Of a stretch of DNA of 64,000 nucleotides, positions 31,901-40,723 are shown one piece after another. The stretch covers positions 3,214 to 67,213 of the forward strand of contig JAFVEE010000121.1 in assembly GCA_017478085.1 (NCBI GenBank), in the 5' to 3' direction. Numbering within the stretch: position 1 is the stretch's first letter; every line of letters starts with the position of its first letter. The translations under genes and the position numbers were made by a program. A model generated the notes under the pieces. It searched no databases. It was not told where the DNA came from and was given only the letters and a program-made list of their open reading frames with translations. The stretch is from Prevotella sp. (GTDB lineage Bacteria; Bacteroidota; Bacteroidia; Bacteroidales; Bacteroidaceae).

Positions 31901-32341
31901 ATGGATGCCCTCACGCAGGAGCAGATTGCCCAGCTGGAGCAGCAGGGCACCATCGGCATCAGCGTGGAAGGCCAGGAGCTGACCGTGGAAGTTGCCGACG
32001 TTGACATCATCAGCGAGGACATCCCCGGCTGGCTGATGGGCAACGAGGGCAATCTGACCGTGGCGCTCGACATCACCCTGACCGACGAGCTGCGCAACGA
32101 GGGTATGGCCCGCGAGCTGGTGAACCGCATACAGAACCTGCGCAAGAAGAGTGGGCTGGAGATTACCGACCGCATCACCGTGAGCATCGAGCCCAACGAG
32201 GCATCGACCAAGGCCGTCGAAGCCTTTGGCGACTACATTGCCCGCCAGGTGCTGGCCAACGGCATCACGATGGAGCAGAACGACGGGCAGACGGTGGAGT
32301 TTGACGACTTTAAACTAAACATCAAGATAACTAAATCCTAA
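28919..32341 (+). CDS. ileS: Isoleucine--tRNA ligase (type 2)
   Basis: EGPPSANG, GWDTHGLP, WTTTPWTL and KMSKH motifs; -7 box at 28875-28882. Confidence 0.97.
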   Translation: MAKRFAEHNGLNLTQVNNEMLEKWMKEDIFHRSIDEREGCPQFIFFEGPPSANGHPGIHHVLGRALKDTFNRYRTMQGFQVKRKAGWDTHGLPVELSVEKALGITKADIDNPESPRYISTENYNQKCRENVMTYTAEWRELTERMGYFVDLDNPYITYDNKYIETLWYLLKQFYKKGLLYKGYTIQPYSPAAGTGLSSHELNQPGCYRDVKDTTCTALFRMKNPKPEMAQWGTPFFMAWTTTPWTLAANTALCVGPKIDYVALETYNPYTAEKITVVMAEARVPAYFDTAAEITDGGELPEFKKGEKFLPYRVVGHYKGTDLVGMEYEQLLPMIKPMGDAFRVIPGDYVTTEDGAGIVHIAPNFGADDAFVAKQAGICPIVLIDKKGNERPVVDLQGKYYLVEDLDADFVKNYVDVEKWSRYSGRYVKNAYDEKLTDKDETLDISICMDLKAEGKVFKIEKHVHNYPHCWRTDKPVLYYPLDSWFIKSSSMKERMSELNRTINWHPESTGSGRFGNWLDNLNDWNLSRSRFWGTPLPIWRSEDGEEICIGSLEELYNEIEKAVAAGVMEKNPLKEKGFVPGDMSQENYDRIDVHRPYVDYIKLVSPTGKPMKRESDLIDVWFDSGSMPYAQVHYPFENRELIDERKFYPADYINEGVDQTRGWFFTLHAIATMIFDSVAFKNVVSTGLVLDAKGNKMSKHVGNVVNPFEMIDKYGSDAVRFYMMTNSEPWDNLKFDPEGVAEISRKFFGTLYNSYSLFAMYANVDDFDPATPQIPVNERPEFDRWILSCLNTLVKGVAAELDNFDPTRAGRLIDKFVDEDLSNWYVRLNKKRFWGKEMDNDKLAAYQTLYECLLTVSKLLAPFAPFYADQLYRDLGGQKDSVHLEDFPKADESLVNTDLEERMAIAQRITTIVLALRRKESIKVKQPLQTLMIPPVDEEQRKAIESVKQIFLQEVNVKEVKFVEGQGILVKKVKCNFRTMGKKFGKLMKGVAAAMDALTQEQIAQLEQQGTIGISVEGQELTVEVADVDIISEDIPGWLMGNEGNLTVALDITLTDELRNEGMARELVNRIQNLRKKSGLEITDRITVSIEPNEASTKAVEAFGDYIARQVLANGITMEQNDGQTVEFDDFKLNIKITKS

Positions 32342-32346
32342 TAATT

Positions 32347-32733
32347 ATGTCTGAAAAAACACGTTACACTGACGAGGAACTCGAGGAGTTCCGTCAGATT
32401 ATCAACGAGAAACTGGCCCTTGCCAAGCGTGACTACGACCAGATGATGGCTTCGCTGACGAACCAAGATTCTAACGATGTCGACGACACGTCGCCCACCT
32501 ATAAGGCTCTGGAAGAGGGCAGTGCCACCCAGTCGAAGGAAGACCTGATGGAGTTTGCTGCCCGTCAGCAGAAGTTCATTCAGGGCCTGAAGGCTGCGCT
32601 GGTGCGTATTGAAAACAAGACCTACGGCATTGACCGCATTACGGGCAAGCTGATTCCTGCAGAGCGGCTGCGTGCAGTGCCCCATGCCACACTGAGCGTA
32701 GAGTCGAAGCAAATGGAGAAGAAAAGAAAGTGA
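32347..32733 (+). CDS. dksA: TraR/DksA family protein (Cys-less zinc-finger variant)
   Basis: Coiled coil followed by ALVRIENKTYG...IPAERLRAVPHATLSVE; conserved position downstream of ileS. Confidence 0.8.
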   Translation: MSEKTRYTDEELEEFRQIINEKLALAKRDYDQMMASLTNQDSNDVDDTSPTYKALEEGSATQSKEDLMEFAARQQKFIQGLKAALVRIENKTYGIDRITGKLIPAERLRAVPHATLSVESKQMEKKRK

Positions 32734-33359
32734 GCAGTGCGAAGTTTCTAACAAAAGGCCGACTGGCGACAATCCTGGTTGTCGCCATTCTCCTTATTGA
32801 CCAGGCCATCAAACTATGGGTGAAGACCTCGATGCATCTGCACGAGAGCATCCACGTCTTCGACTGGTTCTATATCTCGTTCATCGAGAACAACGGTATG
32901 GCATACGGTATGCAGCTGGGCAGCAAGCTGGTGCTCTCGCTATTCCGTGTGGTGGCCATCAGCGTGTTGGCCTACTATCTGTGGCAGCAGGTGCGCAAGC
33001 AAGTGCGTTGGGGCTACATCGTCTGTCTGTCTATGATTCTGGCAGGTGCTACGGGCAATCTCATTGACTGCATGTTCTACGGGCTTTGCTTCGATGCGTC
33101 AACGCCCTACAATGTTGCATCGTTCGTCGGCTTCGGCCAAGGCTATGCCCCGTTTCTGATGGGCAAGGTGGTCGATATGTTCTACTTCCCGCTTATTGTT
33201 ACCACATGGCCCGACTGGGTTCCCTGGTGGGGGGGCGACGAGTTCATCTTCTTCAGTCCTGTGTTCAACTTTGCCGATGCCTCTATCTCTGTGGGCGTAG
33301 TGGCGTTGCTGCTGTTCTTCCGTAAGGAGATAGGCGAAATAACCCTGAAGCGTGAATAA
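32730..33359 (+). CDS. lspA: Lipoprotein signal peptidase II
   Basis: DQAIK, NNGMAYG, GATGNLID, VVDM and VFNFAD motifs. Confidence 0.93.
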   Translation: MSSAKFLTKGRLATILVVAILLIDQAIKLWVKTSMHLHESIHVFDWFYISFIENNGMAYGMQLGSKLVLSLFRVVAISVLAYYLWQQVRKQVRWGYIVCLSMILAGATGNLIDCMFYGLCFDASTPYNVASFVGFGQGYAPFLMGKVVDMFYFPLIVTTWPDWVPWWGGDEFIFFSPVFNFADASISVGVVALLLFFRKEIGEITLKRE

Positions 33360-34341
33360 GCGTCCATTTATATATATAATAGGTGTAGTGCTTATGGCGG
33401 TGGTCTTGGGCTCCTGCAAGCCGGGCACGCCCAAGCAGTTTATCCAGCCGGACGACATGGAAGACATCCTCGTTGACTATCATCTGGCCAAGGCTATGGC
33501 ACAGCAGGGCGTAGACCGTCCTTACAATGAGCACCTGCTCATGGAGGCTGTGCTGAAGAAGCACGGCGTGACTGAGGCCGATTTCGACTCGTCGCTGGTC
33601 TACTACTATACCCGAGCCGATCGCTTTGATGGTATCTACAAACGTGTGGCCAACCGGCTGGAGGAACAGGCAGTGGCCTTAGGTGCCAGCGAGGGCGAGA
33701 TTGGCAAGTATGCCACACTGAACAACGAGGGCGATACCGCCAATATCTGGGTGGAGAGTCCCACACTGATGCTTATGCCAGTGCCTCCCTACAACCGCTA
33801 TGAGTTCACCATCGAGGCCGACTCTACCTTCCAGAAGGGCGACCAGTTCCTCTTCCAGTTTATGGCAGATTACGTCTATCAGGACGGCTCTAAGGATGGT
33901 ATCCTCTATCTGGCGGTGAGTTATCCCGACACAGTGGTCACCCGCCAGCAGCGCTTCTCCTACTCTGGACTGAGTCAGCTGCGCTTCAACTATGGTACTC
34001 AGGAAACTCCCCAGCGCATTAGGGGCTACTTCTACTTAGATAACAAAAACCAGCAAACAACAACCACGCTGAGGTTGCTCTTTGTGAACAGCATTCAGCT
34101 TGTCAGATTCCATCAGCATCAAGATGAACCAAAAACCGATGAATTGGCGAAGGATAGCATCGCACCAGGTGCTGACGCCAGAGGGCTCAAGCCTGACACA
34201 GCACGTAGTGGAGACCGAAGCGGGGATAGTGCAAAAGTGCTACCCACTCAGGGAAGAGCTGGCCTGTTGCGAGTGGCTGACCGCTCCGATACAGCTAAAG
34301 CGCAACCAGCAAGGCCAGGTAGAGGCCTATTGCAACGATAA
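33352..34341 (+). CDS. DUF4296-like lipoprotein
   Basis: Lipobox LGSC; MEDILVDYHLA and FDSSLVYY motifs; C-terminal tail looks disordered. Confidence 0.75.
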   Translation: MNKRPFIYIIGVVLMAVVLGSCKPGTPKQFIQPDDMEDILVDYHLAKAMAQQGVDRPYNEHLLMEAVLKKHGVTEADFDSSLVYYYTRADRFDGIYKRVANRLEEQAVALGASEGEIGKYATLNNEGDTANIWVESPTLMLMPVPPYNRYEFTIEADSTFQKGDQFLFQFMADYVYQDGSKDGILYLAVSYPDTVVTRQQRFSYSGLSQLRFNYGTQETPQRIRGYFYLDNKNQQTTTTLRLLFVNSIQLVRFHQHQDEPKTDELAKDSIAPGADARGLKPDTARSGDRSGDSAKVLPTQGRAGLLRVADRSDTAKAQPARPGRGLLQR

Positions 34342-34354
34342 AAGAATAGAATAA
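34124..34354 (+). CDS. Probable small conserved protein overlapping the 3' end of the DUF4296 gene
   Basis: Protein-like sequence RRIASHQV...HVVE...YPLREEL...EW resembles, from memory, small Bacteroidales hypotheticals. Its stop lies 18 nt before the next ATG. Start is 34124 or 34139. Confidence 0.55.
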   Translation: MNQKPMNWRRIASHQVLTPEGSSLTQHVVETEAGIVQKCYPLREELACCEWLTAPIQLKRNQQGQVEAYCNDKRIE

Positions 34355-34372
34355 CTAAAATACCTGTTAAAT

Positions 34373-35683
34373 ATGAATATGAAAGTACGTCTGTCGGTAA
34401 TGAACTTCCTGGAGTTCGCCGTGTGGGGGGCCTACCTCACCTGTATGGGAAACTATTTGGGAACAGCAGGTCTGGGCGACCAGATTTCCTGGTTCTATGC
34501 CATTCAGGGTTTTGTAAGCATTTTCATGCCCACGCTGATGGGCATCGTTGCCGATAAATACATTCAGCCTCAGCGTCTGCTGGGCCTGTGCCATCTGGTA
34601 GCAGGAGCCGCTATGCTCTGCTGCTGGTGGATGGGCATGCAGGCAGGCTTCGGCAACGAGCTGCCCAACAAGTCGGCCTTCGTTGCGATGTATGCTGTGA
34701 GCGTGGGCTTCTATATGCCAACCATTGCACTGGGCAACACCACCGCCTTCACCCTTCTGAAGGATAACGGGCTTGACACCGTGAAGGACTTCCCGCCCAT
34801 TCGCGTGCTGGGCACGGTGGGCTTCATCGCCACGATGTGGTTCGTCAACTGCGCCGTGTGGGAAGATGGCTCTTTCTCCTTCACCCTGGCCGACAACGCC
34901 CATAAGTTCCAGTACACCTATATGCAGTTCTTCGTATCGGGCATACTCAGTCTGGTGCTCTTTGCCTATTGCCTCACGTTGCCCGAGTGCAAGGTGGAGC
35001 GTAAGGAGGGTGCATCGCTGGCCGATACGCTTGGCCTCAGTGCCTTCCGCCTGTTCAAACAGAAGAAGATGGCCTTGTTCTTCATCTTCTCGGCCCTGCT
35101 GGGAATGTGCCTGCAAGTAACCAATGGCTATGCAGGCCCCTTCATCACCAGCTTCAAGGGCTCGGCCGATGCCGCCGTTGCCACCTCGTTTGCAGCCAAT
35201 AACGCCACGCTGCTCTCCAGCATCTCGCAGATTAGCGAGGCCCTCTGCATCCTGATGATACCCTTCTTCCTGCGTCGCTATGGCATCAAGGTCGTTATGC
35301 TGATGTCTATGTTTGCCTGGGTGTTCCGCTTTGGCTTCTTCGGCCTGGGCAATCCTGCTATGCCGGGGGTCATCCTGTTTATCCTTTCCTGCATCGTCTA
35401 TGGTGTGGCCTTCGACTTTTTCAACGTGTCGGGCGGCATCTTTGTCGATCAGGAGTGTGAGCCGTCGGTCAAGGCTTCGGCACAGGGACTTTTCATGCTG
35501 ATGACCAATGGCCTGGGAGCCACCATCGGCACGCTGACCGCAGGCGAGATTGTGAATCACTTCTGCTCCTGGCAGGACGGCTTCCTCGTGGGCGATTGGC
35601 AGTCGTGCTGGTTCGTCTTTGCCGCCTTTGCCCTGGTGGTGGGGCTTTCGTTTGCCTTGGTGTTCAACCCTGAAAAGAAATAG
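34373..35683 (+). CDS. MFS nucleoside:H+ symporter (NupG-like)
   Basis: LSVMNFLEFAVWGA, FPPIRVLGTVG, QISEA and SAQGL motifs; about 12 TM. Confidence 0.88.
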   Translation: MNMKVRLSVMNFLEFAVWGAYLTCMGNYLGTAGLGDQISWFYAIQGFVSIFMPTLMGIVADKYIQPQRLLGLCHLVAGAAMLCCWWMGMQAGFGNELPNKSAFVAMYAVSVGFYMPTIALGNTTAFTLLKDNGLDTVKDFPPIRVLGTVGFIATMWFVNCAVWEDGSFSFTLADNAHKFQYTYMQFFVSGILSLVLFAYCLTLPECKVERKEGASLADTLGLSAFRLFKQKKMALFFIFSALLGMCLQVTNGYAGPFITSFKGSADAAVATSFAANNATLLSSISQISEALCILMIPFFLRRYGIKVVMLMSMFAWVFRFGFFGLGNPAMPGVILFILSCIVYGVAFDFFNVSGGIFVDQECEPSVKASAQGLFMLMTNGLGATIGTLTAGEIVNHFCSWQDGFLVGDWQSCWFVFAAFALVVGLSFALVFNPEKK

Positions 35684-35695
35684 TAGTAGGCAGTC

Positions 35696-36232
35696 ATGAA
35701 GCGCATACGACTGAGATTCGAGAGCATTCAGCAGGTGGCAGGCAGTGACGAGCTGGCTGTCATCCTGCTCACTGACGAGGCACGCAAGAACGCGCTCTCG
35801 GTGGTGTGCGATGAGCCTATGACCCGCCAGATAGTGCTTCGCCTGCAGTCGCCCGACCATTGCAAGACGATGCTGCCCGAAGCGCTTGTGGCCATGCTGG
35901 GCGAACCCCACGAGATGATGGTTTTCGGCTTGCACGACGGGCAGTATCAAGTGGTGCTGGCCGATGCAAGCTACCAGCGCAACTACCGTCTGCGCATGAG
36001 CGATGCCGTGCTGCTGAGCATTATCTCCGGCTTTCCGCTTTATATAGAAGAAATGCTCATGCGCCGACAGTGCGTACCATTCGACGAGCAGGCCACAGGC
36101 ATCGCCATTCCCATCAATACAATGGACGTCGAGCGGCTGAATCTGGCCATGCAAAAAGCCATTGACGAAGAGAACTACGAACTGGCTTCGAAGCTGCGCG
36201 ACGAGATGAAGCGGCGAAAGCCCGCAGAATAA
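35696..36232 (+). CDS. Bifunctional nuclease (DUF151)-like protein with C-terminal UVR domain
   Basis: RMSDAVLL...PLYIEE; AIDEENYELASKLRDE (UvrB/C motif). Confidence 0.75.
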   Translation: MKRIRLRFESIQQVAGSDELAVILLTDEARKNALSVVCDEPMTRQIVLRLQSPDHCKTMLPEALVAMLGEPHEMMVFGLHDGQYQVVLADASYQRNYRLRMSDAVLLSIISGFPLYIEEMLMRRQCVPFDEQATGIAIPINTMDVERLNLAMQKAIDEENYELASKLRDEMKRRKPAE

Positions 36233-36244
36233 CACCAATTAGAG

Positions 36245-36964
36245 ATGAAAGAGACCCGCTACTTCTATACTCCCCAGGCGCTGACTTCCAACCAGTTGCC
36301 CGATGAAGAGGCTGCCCATGCCGTGCGAGTGCTACGCCTGCAAAGTGGCGACGAGATAATGCTGATGGACGGGCAAGGCTCGTTCCATCGTGCTGAGGTC
36401 ACGCTCGCCACATCGCACCACTGCCAGTACCGCATTCTGCAGTCGCTGCCTCAGGAGCGTCCGTGGCGCGGACATCTGCACTTAGCCGTTGCTCCCACCA
36501 AGATGATGGAGCGCATGGAGTGGCTGGTGGAGAAGGCCACCGAGGTGGGCATCGACGAGATCAGTTTCCTGGACTGCCAGTTCTCTGAGCGCCGCGTGGT
36601 CAAGCTGCCCCGCATCGAGAAGATTGTTGTCTCGGCTGTGAAGCAGAGCCGCAAGGCTTGGATGCCTGTGCTGAACGAGATGCAATCGTTCAAACAGTTC
36701 ATTGCCCAGCATCCCACGGGGCGCCGCTACATAGCCCATTGCTATGAGGAGGTTGAGCGCGTGAATCTGTTCGATGAACTTCGTAAGCCCCAGGCTGATG
36801 ATGATGCCATAGTAATGATAGGTCCCGAAGGCGACTTCTCGATAGAAGAGGTACGACAGGCCGTAGCTGCAGGCTTCGTGTCGGTGGATCTGGGGCGCAG
36901 TCGCCTGCGCACAGAGACGGCAGCCCTCTCGGCTGTGATGATGATGCAGCTGGCCCAACAATAG
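36245..36964 (+). CDS. rsmE: 16S rRNA m3U1498 methyltransferase
   Basis: HAVRVLRL, EKATEVG, IGPEGDF and LRTETA motifs. Confidence 0.95.
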   Translation: MKETRYFYTPQALTSNQLPDEEAAHAVRVLRLQSGDEIMLMDGQGSFHRAEVTLATSHHCQYRILQSLPQERPWRGHLHLAVAPTKMMERMEWLVEKATEVGIDEISFLDCQFSERRVVKLPRIEKIVVSAVKQSRKAWMPVLNEMQSFKQFIAQHPTGRRYIAHCYEEVERVNLFDELRKPQADDDAIVMIGPEGDFSIEEVRQAVAAGFVSVDLGRSRLRTETAALSAVMMMQLAQQ

Positions 36965-36976
36965 TTTATGTAAATC

Positions 36977-37492
36977 ATGATGAAAAAGAACATAGTTTTC
37001 ACGGCGGTGCTTTCGATGCTTTCACTCATCGTCCAGGCTCAGACCACGATGAAGGAGGTGTTTCTCGCCATGCCCGACAGCATCCTGCCTACGCTGACGC
37101 AGAACAATCGCCTGGATATGGTAGACTTCCTTGATGCCAGGATGAAGGCGCAGGTGACCAATGCCCTCGATGGCACGAGCGAACTCGAAAGTCTTGACGC
37201 AGTCTCGCTCCAGCTGAAGATGAGCGATGCCTTGACTATTCGGATGCTGCTGCTCGATGTTGAGGATCCTGTCGATAGTGCCTTGCAGGTCGTTGGCGTG
37301 ATACGCGCCTATCGGTTACTATCTGATAGTGCCGCCACCGAAAGCCTGTGCGACTACTACTCTGTGAAGTGGCAGCCCCTTTCAGCAGCCCCCCGGTTGA
37401 CCCCTATTGCCCTTCAGCGAATAGCATTGGTCCAGAGACCGTCGACTATCCTGAAGCGTGACGATGAATTACCCACCCTCAAGCAATTATAA
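36977..37492 (+). CDS. Exported DUF3256-like protein
   Basis: Signal peptide; MPDSILPTLTQNNRLDMVDF motif. Confidence 0.65.
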   Translation: MMKKNIVFTAVLSMLSLIVQAQTTMKEVFLAMPDSILPTLTQNNRLDMVDFLDARMKAQVTNALDGTSELESLDAVSLQLKMSDALTIRMLLLDVEDPVDSALQVVGVIRAYRLLSDSAATESLCDYYSVKWQPLSAAPRLTPIALQRIALVQRPSTILKRDDELPTLKQL

Positions 37493-37498
37493 CTCCCT

Positions 37499-39196
37499 AT
37501 GGCAACAGTAGACGATAAGAAAGTGATCTTCTCGATGGTTGGAGTGAGCAAGACCATCCAGCAGAACCAGAAACAAGTGCTCAAGAACATATACCTCAGC
37601 TTCTTCTACGGGGCCAAGATTGGCATCGTGGGTCTGAACGGCGCCGGTAAGTCCACGCTGATGAAAATCATTGCCGGGCTGGACCAGCAGTTCCAGGGCC
37701 AGGTGGTGTGGAGCCCCGGCTACTCTGTGGGCTACCTGCCGCAGGATCCGCCCCTGAACGAGGAGAAGACCGTGAAGGAAAACGTGATGGAAGGCGTGCA
37801 GCACGTTTACGACGCGCTGGCCGAATACGACGAGATCAACGTGAAATTCGGCTTGCCCGAATATTACGAAGACCCCGATAAGATGGATAAGCTGATGGCC
37901 CGCCAGGCTGAGCTGCAGGACACCATCGACGCTACCGATGCCTGGAACATGGACTCGAAGCTCGACCGTGCTATGGCAGCACTGAACTGTCCGCCGGGCG
38001 ACTGGCCCGTGGCCAACCTCTCGGGTGGTGAGCGCCGCCGCGTGGCCCTGTGCCGCCTGCTGCTGCAGAAGCCCGACGTGCTTTTGCTCGACGAGCCTAC
38101 CAACCACCTCGATGCCGAGAGCATTGACTGGCTGGAGCAGCACCTGCAGCAATACGAGGGCACGGTGATTGCCGTGACCCACGATCGCTACTTCCTGGAC
38201 GACGTGGCCGAGTGGATTCTGGAGCTGGATCGCGGCGAGGGTATTCCCTGGAAGGGCAACTATAGCAGTTGGCTGGAGCAGAAGAGCCAGCGACTGGCAC
38301 AGGAAGAGAAGACCGCCTCGAAGCGCCGCAAGGCTCTGGAGCGCGAGCTGGAGTGGGTGCGTATGGCACCGAAGGCCCGTCACGCCAAGGGCAAGGCCCG
38401 TCTGAACAGCTACGACAAGATGCTGAACGAGGAGCAGAAGGAGCGCGAGGAGAAGCTGGAAATCTTCATTCCCAACGGTCTGCGTCTGGGCAACAAGGTC
38501 ATCGAGGCCGAGCATGTGGCCAAGTCGTTCCCCGCAAAGACGCTGTTCACCGACCTGAACTTCGTATTGCCGCCCAACGGCATCGTGGGCGTCATCGGCC
38601 CCAACGGTGCGGGCAAGACCACGCTGTTCCGCCTGATTATGGGCCTGGACCAGCCCGATGCTGGTTCGTTCAGTGTGGGCGAGACCGTGAAGCTGAGCTA
38701 TGTTGACCAGCAGCACAAGGACATCGACCCCACGAAGAGCGTCTACCAGGTGGTGAGCCAGGGCAACGAGACCATCCGCATGGGCGGCCGCGATGTGAAT
38801 GTGCGGGCCTACCTGAGCCGTTTCAACTTTACTGGCGTAGACCAGGAGAAGAAGTGCGGCGTGCTCTCCGGTGGCGAGCGCAACCGCCTGCAACTGGCCA
38901 TCGCCCTGAAGCAGGAGGGCAACGTGCTGCTTTTAGACGAGCCAACAAACGACATCGACGTGAACACCCTGCGTGCACTGGAGGAAGGTCTCGAGTCTTT
39001 TGCCGGCTGTGCCGTGGTCATCAGCCACGACCGCTGGTTCCTCGACCGTATCTGCACGCATATTCTGGCGTTCGAGGGTGAGGGCAACGTGTTCTACTTC
39101 GAGGGCAACTACTCGGAATACGAGGCCAACAAAGCCTTGCGATTAGGTTTGGATGAACCCAAGCGTGCCCGTTACCGCAAACTCATGGAAGAATAG
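37499..39196 (+). CDS. ettA: Energy-dependent translational throttle ABC-F protein
   Basis: LSFFYGAKIG; two NBDs; ELEWVR linker; LSGGERNR. Confidence 0.93.
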   Translation: MATVDDKKVIFSMVGVSKTIQQNQKQVLKNIYLSFFYGAKIGIVGLNGAGKSTLMKIIAGLDQQFQGQVVWSPGYSVGYLPQDPPLNEEKTVKENVMEGVQHVYDALAEYDEINVKFGLPEYYEDPDKMDKLMARQAELQDTIDATDAWNMDSKLDRAMAALNCPPGDWPVANLSGGERRRVALCRLLLQKPDVLLLDEPTNHLDAESIDWLEQHLQQYEGTVIAVTHDRYFLDDVAEWILELDRGEGIPWKGNYSSWLEQKSQRLAQEEKTASKRRKALERELEWVRMAPKARHAKGKARLNSYDKMLNEEQKEREEKLEIFIPNGLRLGNKVIEAEHVAKSFPAKTLFTDLNFVLPPNGIVGVIGPNGAGKTTLFRLIMGLDQPDAGSFSVGETVKLSYVDQQHKDIDPTKSVYQVVSQGNETIRMGGRDVNVRAYLSRFNFTGVDQEKKCGVLSGGERNRLQLAIALKQEGNVLLLDEPTNDIDVNTLRALEEGLESFAGCAVVISHDRWFLDRICTHILAFEGEGNVFYFEGNYSEYEANKALRLGLDEPKRARYRKLMEE

Positions 39197-39728
39197 CCGT
39201 ATCGACAATCCGTTTCTTCTTCTCAAGCTGATTTGGCATTCCCGCAAGCCCAGTCTTGTTGATGATATGCCTGTGTTGTGCAATGGCTTCTGGTTGCGCA
39301 AGGGTTATGATGCACTCACCTTCTTTGGCACGATCATCACGGCTACCGATGACGATGCCCTGCTGATGAACAGCAGGCGAAACGGCCAACAGAACGAACT
39401 GAAGAACCACGAGATGATACACCTGCGCCAGGCTCAAGACACCCATAACTCCTGGTGGTGCTTCTATTTCAGATATGTGTGGTATTGGCTGCGTGCTCTG
39501 CCCTTGTCGCGCCTGATGCGGGGAGCGGCCTACCGTCTGAATCCTTTCGAGATGGAGGCCTATGCCCACATGCACGATGCCCATTACTTAGAGCAGTGTG
39601 GTGGCGTGGCCACAGAATGGCGACGCTGGGCAAAGCTTTCGCCGACCCAGCGTTTGCAGTGGTACAGGGAAAAAGGACTGACTATCGCACCGTCAGGTGA
39701 AAACACCCTTGTTTCACCTCATACTTAA
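39153..39728 (+). CDS. Putative HExxH zinc metallopeptidase-like protein (start uncertain)
   Basis: NHEMIHLRQ followed by AYRLNPFEMEAY, typical of small zincin-like families. Confidence 0.7.
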   Translation: MNPSVPVTANSWKNSRIDNPFLLLKLIWHSRKPSLVDDMPVLCNGFWLRKGYDALTFFGTIITATDDDALLMNSRRNGQQNELKNHEMIHLRQAQDTHNSWWCFYFRYVWYWLRALPLSRLMRGAAYRLNPFEMEAYAHMHDAHYLEQCGGVATEWRRWAKLSPTQRLQWYREKGLTIAPSGENTLVSPHT

Positions 39729-40425
39729 TATAGCATCGGCCTTGCTCACGCATATCGCGCAGCACCTCGCTCAGTACCCACTTCAGCGAGTCGTTCTGCA
39801 CCTTGCGGCGTGGCAGTCCGTAGGGATCTTCCACGGTGAAGTATTTGTTGTAGGCAATGTCGAAAGTCGTGCCATACAGATGGCATGAGTTCTCAGTGGC
39901 ATTGCCATTAATGTTGCGTAACTTGGCCACGTCGTTCTTCGTTCGCAACACACTGCTCACCAGAAACCTGTGCAGAGGAATACCCTTCATCTGCAGACTG
40001 TCGAAATAGGCACGCCCTATGTCTTCCAGTAAGATGGCGGCACGCGGCACCAGATAGGGTATGCTCTGCTTCAGCTTGTCGACGTTATAATAAGGACTTG
40101 CCGCCATATATACCAGCTCGTTCTTACGGGCCTCGGCATCCTCGCGGTTCATCACCGGCGCTATGCCCCATTTCCTGGCAGCCGTCAGCTGCAGGTCATT
40201 TGTGTCGGGGAAGGCCTGAAGATAGTTGGCTACAGAGTAGATGCGGTGGAAATGTTCGGTGGGGTAGGTGAGCACCTTCAGCGCAGAGTCGTTCAGCTCT
40301 ACGACCTCGGCCTGCCGTGTCTGTGTGACGCTTACCCCCGGAAAGGCGCATCGCACCAGTGCCAGCACCAGTACCAGCACCCCAAACAGCTGTATATATC
40401 GGTCTTGCAGTTCTTTCTTCTTCAT
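39682..40425 (-). CDS. DUF5715-like membrane-anchored protein (peptidase M15-like fold)
   Basis: N-terminal TM; SSVLRT, NSCHLYGTTFDI and QGCFHLTVR motifs; -7 box at 40434-40441. Confidence 0.7.
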   Translation of the reverse strand: MKKKELQDRYIQLFGVLVLVLALVRCAFPGVSVTQTRQAEVVELNDSALKVLTYPTEHFHRIYSVANYLQAFPDTNDLQLTAARKWGIAPVMNREDAEARKNELVYMAASPYYNVDKLKQSIPYLVPRAAILLEDIGRAYFDSLQMKGIPLHRFLVSSVLRTKNDVAKLRNINGNATENSCHLYGTTFDIAYNKYFTVEDPYGLPRRKVQNDSLKWVLSEVLRDMREQGRCYIKYEVKQGCFHLTVR

Positions 40426-40496
40426 TTCGCGTGCAAAGATACTACAAAAAAACGATAAATGGCTAAAAATGGGGAGAAATCGCCAAAAAACAAATA

Positions 40497-40603
40497 CATC
40501 CAGCCTATATTCCAGTGGAATACAGCCTATATTCCATTGGAATACATACTATATTCCATTGGAATACATACTATATTCCGGCGGAATGCAGCCTATATTG
40601 GAA
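40497..40603. repeat. Five 22-bp units (aatacagcctatattccattgg-like, tattcc-nnn-ggaata palindrome)
   Basis: ctatatt at 40505, 40527, 40549, 40571 and 40593. Confidence 0.9.
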
Positions 40604-40709
40604 CGCAGGAAGTGTATTTTGCAACTCGAAACTATCACAGGAACTTTCACAAGCCTTGTGAAACATTACTTTTTTTGTAAGAAAATAGTCGTTATTCCAA
40701 AATAATTTG

Positions 40710-40717
40710 TACCTTTG
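40710..40717 (+). promoter_or_regulatory. -7 promoter box TACCTTTG for the island operon
   Basis: TAnnTTTG match about 380 nt upstream of the first island ATG. Confidence 0.65.
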
Positions 40718-40723
40718 CAGAGT

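Noticed and set aside
28919-32341. Type 2 IleRS as an acquired mupirocin-resistance gene
   Set aside because: This is the normal chromosomal form in Bacteroidota, in its usual ileS-dksA-lspA context.
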